DNA of 62,612 nt, the filler included, from Globobulimina sp. (lineage: Eukaryota): the NCBI GenBank assembly GCA_003354225.1. It is 28 parts of 28 records of this genome, joined end to end, with 100 filler letters (N's around TTAATTAATTAA, not from the genome) between each part and the next. Parts side by side here need not be neighbours in the genome. Positions count along the whole stretch, not along the records: positions 11,211 to 13,352 come from PIVH01008683.1; positions 13,453 to 15,593 come from PIVH01008684.1; positions 15,694 to 17,834 come from PIVH01008685.1; positions 17,935 to 20,075 come from PIVH01008686.1; positions 20,176 to 22,316 come from PIVH01008687.1; 23 more parts are not named here. The stretch is one strand, 5' to 3'. The notes under the pieces are model-generated. The model worked only from the letters and a program-made list of their open reading frames with translations. It had not been told where the DNA came from and searched no databases. The stretch's first letter is position 1. Every line of letters begins with the position of its first letter. A program made the translations under genes and the position numbers. Positions 12,271 through 22,416 of the stretch are shown here, piece after piece.

Positions 12271-12299
12271 AACTAAGCGTTGCGTAGCAACGCCTAGTT
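12271..12299. repeat. GC-rich hairpin ending in CTAGT (Helitron-3'-end-like)
   Basis: AACTAAGCGTTGC-gta-GCAACGCCTAGTT, a 13-bp stem with one mismatch. Confidence 0.45.
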
Positions 12300-12442
12300 C
12301 GGAGATATCATGATTTCTATGTTCAAACAATCACAATAAAAAATTAAAAATAAAAATAATATAAAGATATATAAGCACATAGCTACTATAATCAATTAGA
12401 TACATACACAAATATATGAGTAATAAATAACTAAATTCCTAA

Positions 12443-13352
12443 TCATTGATCACGTCTCTGTAACAATTGTTGGATACATGTTTGCATTGCGGAGTGATGC
12501 TGTTGCAATCTGTCACTTATAATTAGCTCATTTAACTGATTTACTTGGCCTTGTTCTTCCAATAGATTATGAAGAAATTCTTGTAAATTTGTAGATTTAG
12601 CGGTCAAATGCTTGATCATTATGTTATCTTTTTGTCGATCTTCCTCACATTGAAGCAATTTCGCCTTATATTCGTTGCATTGTTGCTGCGATTCATTCAA
12701 TTTTTGCTGCATTTTACTTTGACCAGCACGGCTTTCTTTGTTTGAACCTATTTGCAAAATATCAATGGCACATTCAGATCTTTCCAAACATTTACAATTA
12801 TGTTGATATGGCACTAATTTATGTTGATCGTAAACATCCAAATATATGGCACACGGCGTTATTGTCGCAGCTTTTGTATTTTTAATAACTTTTAATGAGA
12901 TTGCAATATTGACATTGATATTTATTCCAATATTCACAATCCAAACAACTTCAAAATAATATCCGGGTCCATCTTTATCAAATTTTATGATTGGTAGTAA
13001 ATGGATATTATCCACATTATCATTTGCATATTTTCCAAGTCGATATAAAAACTCTTCTTTTGTCAATTCAAGAGATATCGCGCACTTTGTTGCTTTGGAG
13101 ATTTTATTAAAAATAGGAATGTTATCTCGATTGTTCCATTTAATTTTATTTTTTTTATGAATATTAAATATTTTTCTTCTTTGATTTTCATCGCGAAGAA
13201 TATTTTCAATTTCCTTTGTTACCTTTTTCATATTTTCAATTTTTGACAAACATATTGCATCCATGGATAGTTTTGTTAGGTTATTGGCAGAGATTCCATC
13301 TTTTTCCTTAATTTGCGTTTGTGTATACATACAATCGTTGCTTTTCCAAACA
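12443..13352 (-). CDS. Hypothetical protein with C-terminal coiled coil (5'-partial)
   Basis: ORF of about 300 aa with a Q/E-rich heptad tail. Confidence 0.55.
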
Positions 13353-13615
13353 NNNNNNNNNNNNNNNNNNNNNNNNNNNNNNNNNNNNNNNNNNNNTTAA
13401 TTAATTAANNNNNNNNNNNNNNNNNNNNNNNNNNNNNNNNNNNNNNNNNNNNTGTTGTAAACGTATTGCTCAAAGAAAAGCTCAGAAACAAAGAAGTGAC
13501 GCAACAGAACTGCAAGTTTCTTTGCTACGTGACTCACAACTTTAGATCTTTGAATTATTCACGTCTTGTTCAGTTTGGCCGGCATGTTGATGACTAGTGT
13601 CAATAAAGTGTTTTT

Positions 13616-13625
13616 GTGCAAGGAT
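13616..13625 (-). repeat. ATCCTTGCAC dispersed motif copy, downstream of the SAP/BRCT gene
   Basis: Exact GTGCAAGGAT on the + strand. Confidence 0.8.
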
Positions 13626-13701
13626 AAAGTTAGTATAAACTGATAGTGGTTTACTATTAAATTTATTCACTGCGTGCACACTTTAAATTAAAATGGAATG
13701 A

Positions 13702-15312
13702 TCACTCAATGGCAGGTAAATCAGCAGGCACAAACCGGGAAACACATTTCCAAGCAAGAATAGGAACATTTTTCAAAATATCTGCCATTTCTGCATTATC
13801 GTTTCCGTTTTTATTGTTGATGTTATTGTTATCAACAATACATTTTACTGCATTCAAAATCTTTGATTCGCAAAAATCAATCCGTAATGTCATTGGCCAA
13901 TACGTTGAAAATATCTTTGGATTTGTATTGATTTCCTCTTCCAAATTCATAGCAACACCAATGATTTTCTCCAATTCATAAGAATTTGCATAAATTGCTT
14001 CTAAATATGTATCATCCGATAAATTATACTCATTTTTCTGTCCATTCTCTTTAATAAGTTCATCGACACTCTCTTTCAATTCATACTCACCAATCATAGC
14101 CACACCGTATCTCTTCGCATCACGATATTTCTCATCCTCATAACTATATCTTTTATTTTTTTTGCTAACAATCAAATAATTAATTTTCGATGTCACTCTT
14201 TGTTTAATTATGCCACCATAATATTGCACTAAACCATACACATTGGAAATGTCATCAAATTTATCATCATTTACGACAAATAACATTCCGTTTAAATATT
14301 TATTTGATAAATTTCCATGCGATATATACACCATTGAATCAGCACAATGATGTCCAAAATCCATATCATATTCATCTGATTCATACTCTGTAATAATATC
14401 TGTATTGCATTTAATAAAACTGGTACAGTCTCCATAATATTTATGTCCATTGATACTCGCCAATATTTCTCCAGTTTTGCGATGTTTTACTTGGCCAAAA
14501 CAACCCGTATTTGTATCTTCATCGCCTTCCCATATTTCCAATCTGCACTCAATTTCTTCGCCGCTTTTGCAAATTATATCAAAATCCGTAATGGAAACAT
14601 TAATATCATAATTATCTTTCTTCTCATACTCAGATATTTGTAATCCGGGGACGTGTTTCAGCGGCAATCTGTTCACAAACTTAACCGGCCTCACATGATA
14701 ATGTTGGAAATATTTAGCATCACCATCCAATATTGCACCATTTATATATTTTGTTCGTGTCTCATTTACTTTTTCTTTGTCATTCCACCAAACATTTTGC
14801 AAATTTTTCTTGCTCTCAGCGATGGTTTGCTGCAAATCATCTGTTTCTTGGTTATAATTTTCTGACCATTTAAATGCTTTTTTATCGCATATTTTTCGAA
14901 TTTTATAATTAATCTTTTTTTCAGATTTTGTATTTTGTTTTTCTTTCTCGAAGTTATATTGTGATGAAAGCCGCTGTTTTTTTGTTGGTGGTTGTTGAAT
15001 ATCATTATTTCGCGCATTTCCATCCAAATATCTTTCAATTAAATCTGCTTTGGACGCTTTTAACGTGGATAAACCTTTTAATTTTAACTCAGCCATAATG
15101 CCTTTAACTGGTAATTGTTTTATTATACCTTCGTCGATATCGACTATGCATTCGTTTTCTAAATGTTCAATCATAATTTCTTTAGTTTTTGATTTACTGG
15201 ACACCTTTGCATTTCTATTGAAAAGTAATCTCATTAATGTCTTGTTTGATAAGTCATCAACACATGATTCACCCCATGCAGTTTCTATTGAGTCCCTCTT
15301 TCTGGATGTCAT
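13702..15312 (-). CDS. SAP-like plus BRCT domain nuclear protein
   Basis: SAP-like LPVKGIMAELKLKGLST..KADLIERY; NLS PPTKKQRL; BRCT-like LNGMLFVV..YGGIIKQRVTSKINYLIV..KYRDAKRYGVAMI. Confidence 0.7.
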   Translation of the reverse strand: MTSRKRDSIETAWGESCVDDLSNKTLMRLLFNRNAKVSSKSKTKEIMIEHLENECIVDIDEGIIKQLPVKGIMAELKLKGLSTLKASKADLIERYLDGNARNNDIQQPPTKKQRLSSQYNFEKEKQNTKSEKKINYKIRKICDKKAFKWSENYNQETDDLQQTIAESKKNLQNVWWNDKEKVNETRTKYINGAILDGDAKYFQHYHVRPVKFVNRLPLKHVPGLQISEYEKKDNYDINVSITDFDIICKSGEEIECRLEIWEGDEDTNTGCFGQVKHRKTGEILASINGHKYYGDCTSFIKCNTDIITEYESDEYDMDFGHHCADSMVYISHGNLSNKYLNGMLFVVNDDKFDDISNVYGLVQYYGGIIKQRVTSKINYLIVSKKNKRYSYEDEKYRDAKRYGVAMIGEYELKESVDELIKENGQKNEYNLSDDTYLEAIYANSYELEKIIGVAMNLEEEINTNPKIFSTYWPMTLRIDFCESKILNAVKCIVDNNNINNKNGNDNAEMADILKNVPILAWKCVSRFVPADLPAIE

Positions 15313-16109
15313 TACTGTTGATTTTTTCACTCAACTGAAGTGCGAAAAAAGATTGTGGTTTTAAATTACATCAACTTTTAAATATACATTCTTATAGTTA
15401 TGTCAGTATACAATATTGTATGCAAAACGAGTGTGTTTTTCCGAGTTTACATAATTTCTTATCGCTATACAGTATCAAATCGCGTTTCCTTTCCACTGTT
15501 CATTAAATTCTTTGGTTAATTGTCGGTCATATTCTATTTCTTGTTGTTTTCTTTGTTGCTTTAATTCTTGTCTGTATTGGCATAATCTTTTATNNNNNNN
15601 NNNNNNNNNNNNNNNNNNNNNNNNNNNNNNNNNNNNNTTAATTAATTAANNNNNNNNNNNNNNNNNNNNNNNNNNNNNNNNNNNNNNNNNNNNTACAGCG
15701 ACAAATAATAAATCGTAAACAATGGATAAATAAACTCCACATTTAATTGGCATACATAAACATTTATCATTCTCTTTTGTTTGCTCTGTTTTTAACATAC
15801 TTTAATTCCGATTTGAAATAATATAACGATGCTATTCAATGAGGTGGCGGAGATTTAACTTTTTTTATTTGAATTAATTTTTTGATTCGCCGAAATGCGA
15901 TATATTGGTCAGCTGCAACACTGAAGACTGTGGCAGAATTAATACAGAAATAAAATTGGTTGTCTGTTTGCTGGCGATAATGACTATTGAATTACAACGA
16001 AAAAGAAGAGATTGCTGTTCTTTTGTTTGTGTTTGGTTGTGTGATTGACTATTTTTGCGTGTATTATTGATTAAATGCTATAATTTGATCAGGATCCACC
16101 ATTATTGAG

Positions 16110-17045
16110 ATGAAAATCAATACAGATTCTACAGACATCCACGGCAAACATTTAACCATTGAATGCATCGCAGAAACGATTACATCAAAACAAGCTAAAA
16201 AGGCATTCACTGAATTTAACATATTTGCGTTAGAATTTGGTAAAGTCGATACAGGATTTGCAGCTACTCAACAACGAGTAATCATGAATCCAAAATGGAA
16301 TGGAATATATGGTCCAGGTCAAACGCATTGGGAAGGTGCTCTCAATGATGGTAAATTCAGAGGCAATGAGCCCTATTACTCTCCAAATGGATGGCAAAGA
16401 TTCGCTGTTCAATTTAGGTTGCAATTGGTGTAAATAACCACACGTACATTTCTTAATTACCATTGACAGAAATGCAGTATTGTTATTTACACCAATTTAA
16501 ATTAATAATTTAGCGAAACGGCGTATAATTTCAGCAATGTGTATGACAAATGGCCCATTGCATATCATGGCACAAAATTTGATTTTTCATTGATGATTAG
16601 TTTCAGTGGTCTAAAAGCAACGGGTGGCGATCATGGAGATGGAGTGTATCTATCTCCGTCAATTGAATATTGTGCACATCCTCGATATGCCAAACCAATA
16701 AAATTGGATTTGAGGCAGTCAAAGCAACAATGGACGCAAGATCAACATGATTTATTTCGGAAATATGATGGTAAGTATATTCAAGTTGCATTTGCTTGCA
16801 GAGTCAAACCTGGCTCATATAAAGTGGCTGACGAAACAATGCAAATGAAACCTTCAGTAACAATTGATCCCAATTTTGATAATTCAAAGTTAGAATGGAT
16901 AGTATGTGAACCTGGTGGTAATATTGTTGGTTCTGATCGAATTTTGATATACGGTCTGATGATTCGAGCAAGCGATAATTATCCAATGTCGCTTCCACAG
17001 TCACATTGGTGGAAGAATATTGCTTGGTATACGCATGAATATTAA
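16110..17045 (+). CDS. NEURL4-like (PARP-fold) ADP-ribosyltransferase domain protein, intron 16418..16513
   Basis: YYSPNGWQRF, WPIAYHGT, GVYLSPSIEYC, QVAFACRVKPGSY, LEWIV and IYGLMIR give an H-Y-E type triad. Confidence 0.75.
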
Positions 17046-17414
17046 TTGACAGATGAATTTAAATAAGGTTCGCTGTCATTTAATTATTGTGTCTGTTTTT
17101 GTAATTTATTTTTAATTTTATGTAAAATACACCACCAATAAATTTATATTCAAATTGTTGGCTCTTTCTCCATTTTAATATTGTTATGTACCTCGCCATG
17201 CTTTTTAAGTGAAATACAAATTATTAGAGGAAATAATCAAAATATAAATTATTAGAGGAAATATCCAGGTCGTTCCTGACACACCACATCAAAAACAACC
17301 TCATCAACCAAACAAGAAAAACGTCGACGACGACATCACCAGAATAATTTTGAAGAATACAATGATGATGGCTATGATGAGGCATATGATGATCACCACG
17401 AAAAATGCGATGGC

Positions 17415-17834
17415 ATGGATCTTATTTATGGATCTCAAAAAGCACTTTATGATCACCACCATCATGACCACCAGCAACCTGCACCAACGACACCGCGCCA
17501 ACCCGGACCAAAGTCACCGCGTCAATCTGGCCCAACTACACCGCGCCAACATGGACCAACTACACCGCGACAAACTGGACCAAACTACACCGCGTCAACC
17601 TGAACCAACGTCACTGCGCCAACCTGGAGCAACGACATCGTGCCAATCTCAAAAGCGCACTTTATGATCATCACCATCATGACTACCAGCAAAAATGCGA
17701 AATTTTGAATATAATGGTTGCATGGTTATGATGTGGATATTTATGCTGAAGATGATGACGATGATGACGATGATGACGATGATGACGACGATGATGAAGA
17801 TGATGAAGATGATGAAGATGATGAAGATGATGAA
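17415..17834 (+). repeat. Low-complexity coding-like repeats: 24-nt QPGPTTPR units, a duplicated ~45-nt block and a (GAT/GAC/GAA)n run
   Basis: Tandem units at ~17475-17645; ATCTCAAAA..GCACTTTATGATCA.CACCATCATGAC at ~17431 and ~17647; Asp/Glu trinucleotide run to the contig end. Confidence 0.7.
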
Positions 17835-18290
17835 NNNNNNNNNNNNNNNNNNNNNNNNNNNNNNNNNNNNNNNNNNNNTTAATTAATTAANNNNNNNNNN
17901 NNNNNNNNNNNNNNNNNNNNNNNNNNNNNNNNNNTTATGAGATTCAACAGTTATCATTGCAGTTAATTTATTTTATTGGCTATGTAGTGCAGTATCCATT
18001 TTTGGTGAAAGTGTCAAAAATGCTGCAAAAGTGACTGCTGCATTTATTATTGCTAAAATAATATCATATCTCTTTAAAAACCAATTTTAAGCACATGTGA
18101 AATCTTTGTTTTTGTTTAATTACTTTTTAGTGATATATATTATCCCTTATTTAGCGTGCATGCCTTATCTCGTATTTTATGTACGCATTTATAAACATTT
18201 TATCAACAAAGGAGTATTTTCATCTGCGAATATTATATATCTTGTTTCTTTTGGAGTGATTGTGAATTTACAATGTTCGAAAAGTTTTTG

Positions 18291-18318
18291 AAAAAACCAG
18301 TACTTATCGGAGAGCCCT
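18291..18318. repeat. Dispersed repeat end ...CAGT(A/G)CTTATCGGAGAGCCCT (possible TIR)
   Basis: Nearly identical to 42645-42673 on an unrelated contig. Confidence 0.65.
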
Positions 18319-18319
18319 A

Positions 18320-19840
18320 ATGGCAACGTGCATGATGTTGCTGATGCTAATGCTAATTATATTTATTGGTTCCAATGATGCAATGATTGATAAATTCAGG
18401 CATTTAAAAATTGGATTTGAAGTTCGTTCAATCCATCAATTTAAATTTGACAAAGGAGGCAACTTAGAGCTGAATGGTGATATTATCGATGAAAAGAAAC
18501 AAAAATCACAAACAATAGAAAGCGACGAGGACGAGACCGATACATTTGCATTAAATTTATATCATTGCACGGATAAAGAAATTGAAAGTTTAAATAAATA
18601 CAATTCAATGCATAAATTATGTGCAAATATTGATGAGTTTGAATGTTTATATTCGTATCACGTAAACGCACAGAATAAATATGATCCGATTACATATTCA
18701 TTCCATTCCTTACACAAACAATGGATGACAATGGTAATAATATCCTGTTCGCCACATAAAATGTATGATATTTCCTCATTAAATTTAGTGTCCAAATCAG
18801 GCTCAACAACCTCCTCAAAACAAGAATATTTATCGTTAAATGAAATAAATTATAAATATATTTTCCTCTGTTTATCCATCGCGTATCTTTTACTATTTTT
18901 TATTTATTTTATCCATTTATTTCCTTATCGATATTTTAATATTTCCATCCAAATTTTATTATTATTTTATCCTTTTTTGCAATGCCTTTCGTGCGTTTTC
19001 ACGCATTTATTTTGGACGTTTTCCTCTCGAAATGGTATGAAAAACAATTATTATTTGATTGTGTCGTATATTGCCAGTGCTTTATGCAACGGTTTATTGG
19101 CTTTGATATTATTGTTCATTTGCTGTGGTTGGGAGTTTATGAATAATTCGCTCAAAAATTACAAAACTAAAATTAAAATATGCCTCATTTGTACATTTAT
19201 TATCATTTGCTCGTTTTTGCAAAATTATTATTCGTCAATGTTGCTATTTAGCTGTTTGTGCTATGTGTTGTGTTTCGGACAAATGCTGAAAGCCTATAAT
19301 AAGAATATGATATTATTGCAGTCGCAAATAGAAATATTGAATGATGCCAACTACAATGATTACAATGGCCGTTCTTCTCCGGCACAAATAAAAAAAAACA
19401 TGTTGACACTTTTTAAAAAAGGAATGATTGCATTTATTGCGTTGGGGATATCATTTTATTTCCTTTCTTCATTGTTATTGTTTGAATATCCGTGGATTAA
19501 TGATATTATTTTAAATGTGTTGCTAATATTTTTTAGCATATTTTTATTTTATAATTTTAGAATGAGCAGAACGTTTAAACCATATTTTTATTTAATAGAT
19601 GAAGACATTGCTGATTGGATCCGGAGCAAAGATGCAGTGATAAATGAGATTGATTATAACTTAAATTTTGAGGCTGATTCGCTTATTGTTGAGAATGGAA
19701 TGGATTATTTGTTGCAACAGCAAGACGTTATAAAAAGTTATAGTTTGTGCAGGCCGTTTACCATCGATTTGAAGCAAGAAAAGCAAGAAAAAAAAGATAT
19801 AGAATATTCGGATGAAAATACTCCTTTGTTGCTAAAATAA
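18320..19840 (+). CDS. Seven-TM protein with luminal N-domain (GPR107/108-TMEM87/GOST-like)
   Basis: Signal peptide, Cys-containing luminal domain, EYLSLNE before TM1, LFICCGW, and 7 TM segments. Confidence 0.65.
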   Translation: MATCMMLLMLMLIIFIGSNDAMIDKFRHLKIGFEVRSIHQFKFDKGGNLELNGDIIDEKKQKSQTIESDEDETDTFALNLYHCTDKEIESLNKYNSMHKLCANIDEFECLYSYHVNAQNKYDPITYSFHSLHKQWMTMVIISCSPHKMYDISSLNLVSKSGSTTSSKQEYLSLNEINYKYIFLCLSIAYLLLFFIYFIHLFPYRYFNISIQILLLFYPFLQCLSCVFTHLFWTFSSRNGMKNNYYLIVSYIASALCNGLLALILLFICCGWEFMNNSLKNYKTKIKICLICTFIIICSFLQNYYSSMLLFSCLCYVLCFGQMLKAYNKNMILLQSQIEILNDANYNDYNGRSSPAQIKKNMLTLFKKGMIAFIALGISFYFLSSLLLFEYPWINDIILNVLLIFFSIFLFYNFRMSRTFKPYFYLIDEDIADWIRSKDAVINEIDYNLNFEADSLIVENGMDYLLQQQDVIKSYSLCRPFTIDLKQEKQEKKDIEYSDENTPLLLK

Positions 19841-20311
19841 AGTGATTGTAGCTCCTCTGTCCTCTCTGTATTGTATACGTAAACGTTTTTCATCGAATGC
19901 AGTTGTTTTTTAATTATCAATATTTAGTCTACGTCCCAGTGATTGCCACGCTGCGGGCAACCTAAACCAAGGGAGAGATGGTGCTCATAATGGCGTCCCT
20001 GTAAATCACAACCGAGGCAAACAATCTCTACACAATCCTCGGATAACAAATCATCGGATAAACACGCAATTTAATNNNNNNNNNNNNNNNNNNNNNNNNN
20101 NNNNNNNNNNNNNNNNNNNTTAATTAATTAANNNNNNNNNNNNNNNNNNNNNNNNNNNNNNNNNNNNNNNNNNNNTGAGAGTGCGTAAAATACCAGAGTT
20201 TGCAAAGCTATTTTCAGCAACTTCAGCACAATCAGGATTGATTAGGTAAAAAATATAAGAACGTAAGAAAAAAATATAAAAATATATGTATAATACTTTG
20301 GAAAACATAAC

Positions 20312-20400
20312 CAAAGTTTAGATTATTTGGATCCACTTGGAACAAAGTTCAGATCATCTCAACTTGAACTTGCAACCGGATCCAAATAATCTAAACTTTG
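20312..20400. repeat. Hairpin with a perfect 23-bp inverted repeat
   Basis: CAAAGTTTAGATTATTTGGATCC (20312-20334) pairs with GGATCCAAATAATCTAAACTTTG (20378-20400); inner AAGTTCA/TGAACTT. Confidence 0.85.
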
Positions 20401-20465
20401 CACATATTAAACTCATTATTTATAGCTATAAATCATAACACTTATAAAAATAATATTTAATTCAT

Positions 20466-22316
20466 TTATTTACTTTGTTTTTGTTGTTTAATACTTTTCT
20501 CAATTTTACCACGATGTAAATTAACATGTCGCGCACTTTTTAGTTTCTCCAAACTTTCCTGTCTATATACTCTATCCCCGCTTGCTCTGTCTTGTATACC
20601 ACCGCGCAAAATATGTTCCCTTTTTTCTTTAACATTCACACCATTATCTCCAATGCTTTGTAATCTCATAACAGGTTCATTTTTTTCTTCATAGGCTGCT
20701 TGCTCATATTTTATATTACCTGTTTGCGCCAATTCATTTGCTAGGGATTGTATTTTATTATCGATATTTATCACTAACACTTCATTTTCATCCTTTATTT
20801 CAATATTTACTACAACAGTAGTCACAATACTCGTGGCCTTTTGCTCACTGTAATCGTTAATCACTTCATCAACACTTTGTACATCACGACCAGGACCACC
20901 TGCAATATGAGCAGGACTACGTTTTACTTCATTATAATTACCAACACATTTCACTCCGTTATCGGCACTTTCCACCTCACGATCATGCCCAGGACCACCT
21001 GCGGTGACACCCCTCTCTTCAATCTGTGCTTTACTTAAATACTCATCATCCACAAACACGGAACTATTCTGACTTTCACCCCTTTCAATCTTTGTATACG
21101 TATTTGTTAAAGGAACAGTTTCTGGATCCGTATCATCGTCATCTTCTTCATCCGTTGGTACTATATTGCCTTTATTATATCCCCCTCTTTTCTCTCCTGT
21201 TTCTGTTGTCTGAACAGGTATATATTTGTTATCCATAAATCTACATTTGCTTATAAACCAATACAGACCACACAACAAAAGAAAAACAAATATAAGCACT
21301 AGAATTACAATAATAACATTTGTCATGTTCATGTTAAATGCGTTTGGATCATCCGGTTTTATTGGCAGCGGTGCTTCAGTTATATTGCCAGGTGGTGTTG
21401 GAATATCCAATACGTAAACATCGATTACTTCTGTTTTATCGGGTTTTTGTTGTTGTAATCGGCGACTGCCACTTTTGTTTTCCTCACTTGCTATCGGCAC
21501 TAATTCATCTAAAGATATATTACATTGATCCAAAAATCGTAGGCTTCTCAAATTATCAATAATAAATGTTTTAAACTGTTTACTATCATTATCGGATACA
21601 AAGTTGAATTTGCTGACGGCTGCAAATTGTGCTTTCCGTTCTGATGGATTTATATTAGGCAAAGTTGGACAATTAATATCTGTGATTTTTTCATTAAATA
21701 CATAACATGTGATCCAATTTACAATTCCAGCGTGTTTCCATGGTCTATCGATGTATGAATCTTTATCACTATATCTCATTGAATATGCAGTAATATGCTG
21801 TAATGATATAAATGCAGCTTCTTTAATTAAATTGCCATATTCAGTTGGTTTTCCACTCCAATCTGCATCTCTTGTCTCATTATAAAATAAATATAATTCA
21901 ACAGCTGTAGCAGTTGACGTTGGTGATGCTGTAGGTTGTGCTGTAGGTTGTGTTGTAGGGTGTGCTGTAGGGAATGAGGTTGGTGATAATGATGGTCGTG
22001 TTGGTTGTCGTGTTTGTTGACATTCTCCTTCTGCCATATCTGCACACGTTCTGTCCCACGACTTGCAACACGTTGGATCTTCTGTCCCACATATCAATTC
22101 TGCACAGAGAGGATCATCTTCACAGCCAGGATCATCTGTTACTTCTACACAATCACAACATAATTGAGATGTAGGTGAGTTCGTTGGTTGCAGTGTAGGA
22201 TTTATAGTAGGATGAGATGTCGGTGTTGTTGTTGGTCGAGAGGTTGGATTCTGTGTTGGAACTGATGTTGGTGTTTTAGTTGGATATGATGATGGGTTTG
22301 ATGATGGATTGTATGT
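20466..22316 (-). CDS. Type I membrane protein with P/T/S-rich (PT-repeat) mucin-like stalk, 5'-partial
   Basis: PTxxPT repeats, Cys-rich module, one TM (VIIVILVLIFVFLLLCGLYWFI) and an acidic cytoplasmic tail. The frame is open to the contig edge. Confidence 0.7.
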   Translation of the reverse strand, partial: TYNPSSNPSSYPTKTPTSVPTQNPTSRPTTTPTSHPTINPTLQPTNSPTSQLCCDCVEVTDDPGCEDDPLCAELICGTEDPTCCKSWDRTCADMAEGECQQTRQPTRPSLSPTSFPTAHPTTQPTAQPTASPTSTATAVELYLFYNETRDADWSGKPTEYGNLIKEAAFISLQHITAYSMRYSDKDSYIDRPWKHAGIVNWITCYVFNEKITDINCPTLPNINPSERKAQFAAVSKFNFVSDNDSKQFKTFIIDNLRSLRFLDQCNISLDELVPIASEENKSGSRRLQQQKPDKTEVIDVYVLDIPTPPGNITEAPLPIKPDDPNAFNMNMTNVIIVILVLIFVFLLLCGLYWFISKCRFMDNKYIPVQTTETGEKRGGYNKGNIVPTDEEDDDDTDPETVPLTNTYTKIERGESQNSSVFVDDEYLSKAQIEERGVTAGGPGHDREVESADNGVKCVGNYNEVKRSPAHIAGGPGRDVQSVDEVINDYSEQKATSIVTTVVVNIEIKDENEVLVINIDNKIQSLANELAQTGNIKYEQAAYEEKNEPVMRLQSIGDNGVNVKEKREHILRGGIQDRASGDRVYRQESLEKLKSARHVNLHRGKIEKSIKQQKQSK

Positions 22317-22416
22317 NNNNNNNNNNNNNNNNNNNNNNNNNNNNNNNNNNNNNNNNNNNNTTAATTAATTAANNNNNNNNNNNNNNNNNNNNNNNNNNNN
22401 NNNNNNNNNNNNNNNN

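Noticed and set aside
12443-13330. Possible DUF3825-like domain
   Set aside because: Only a vague pattern resemblance, not supportable without a profile search.
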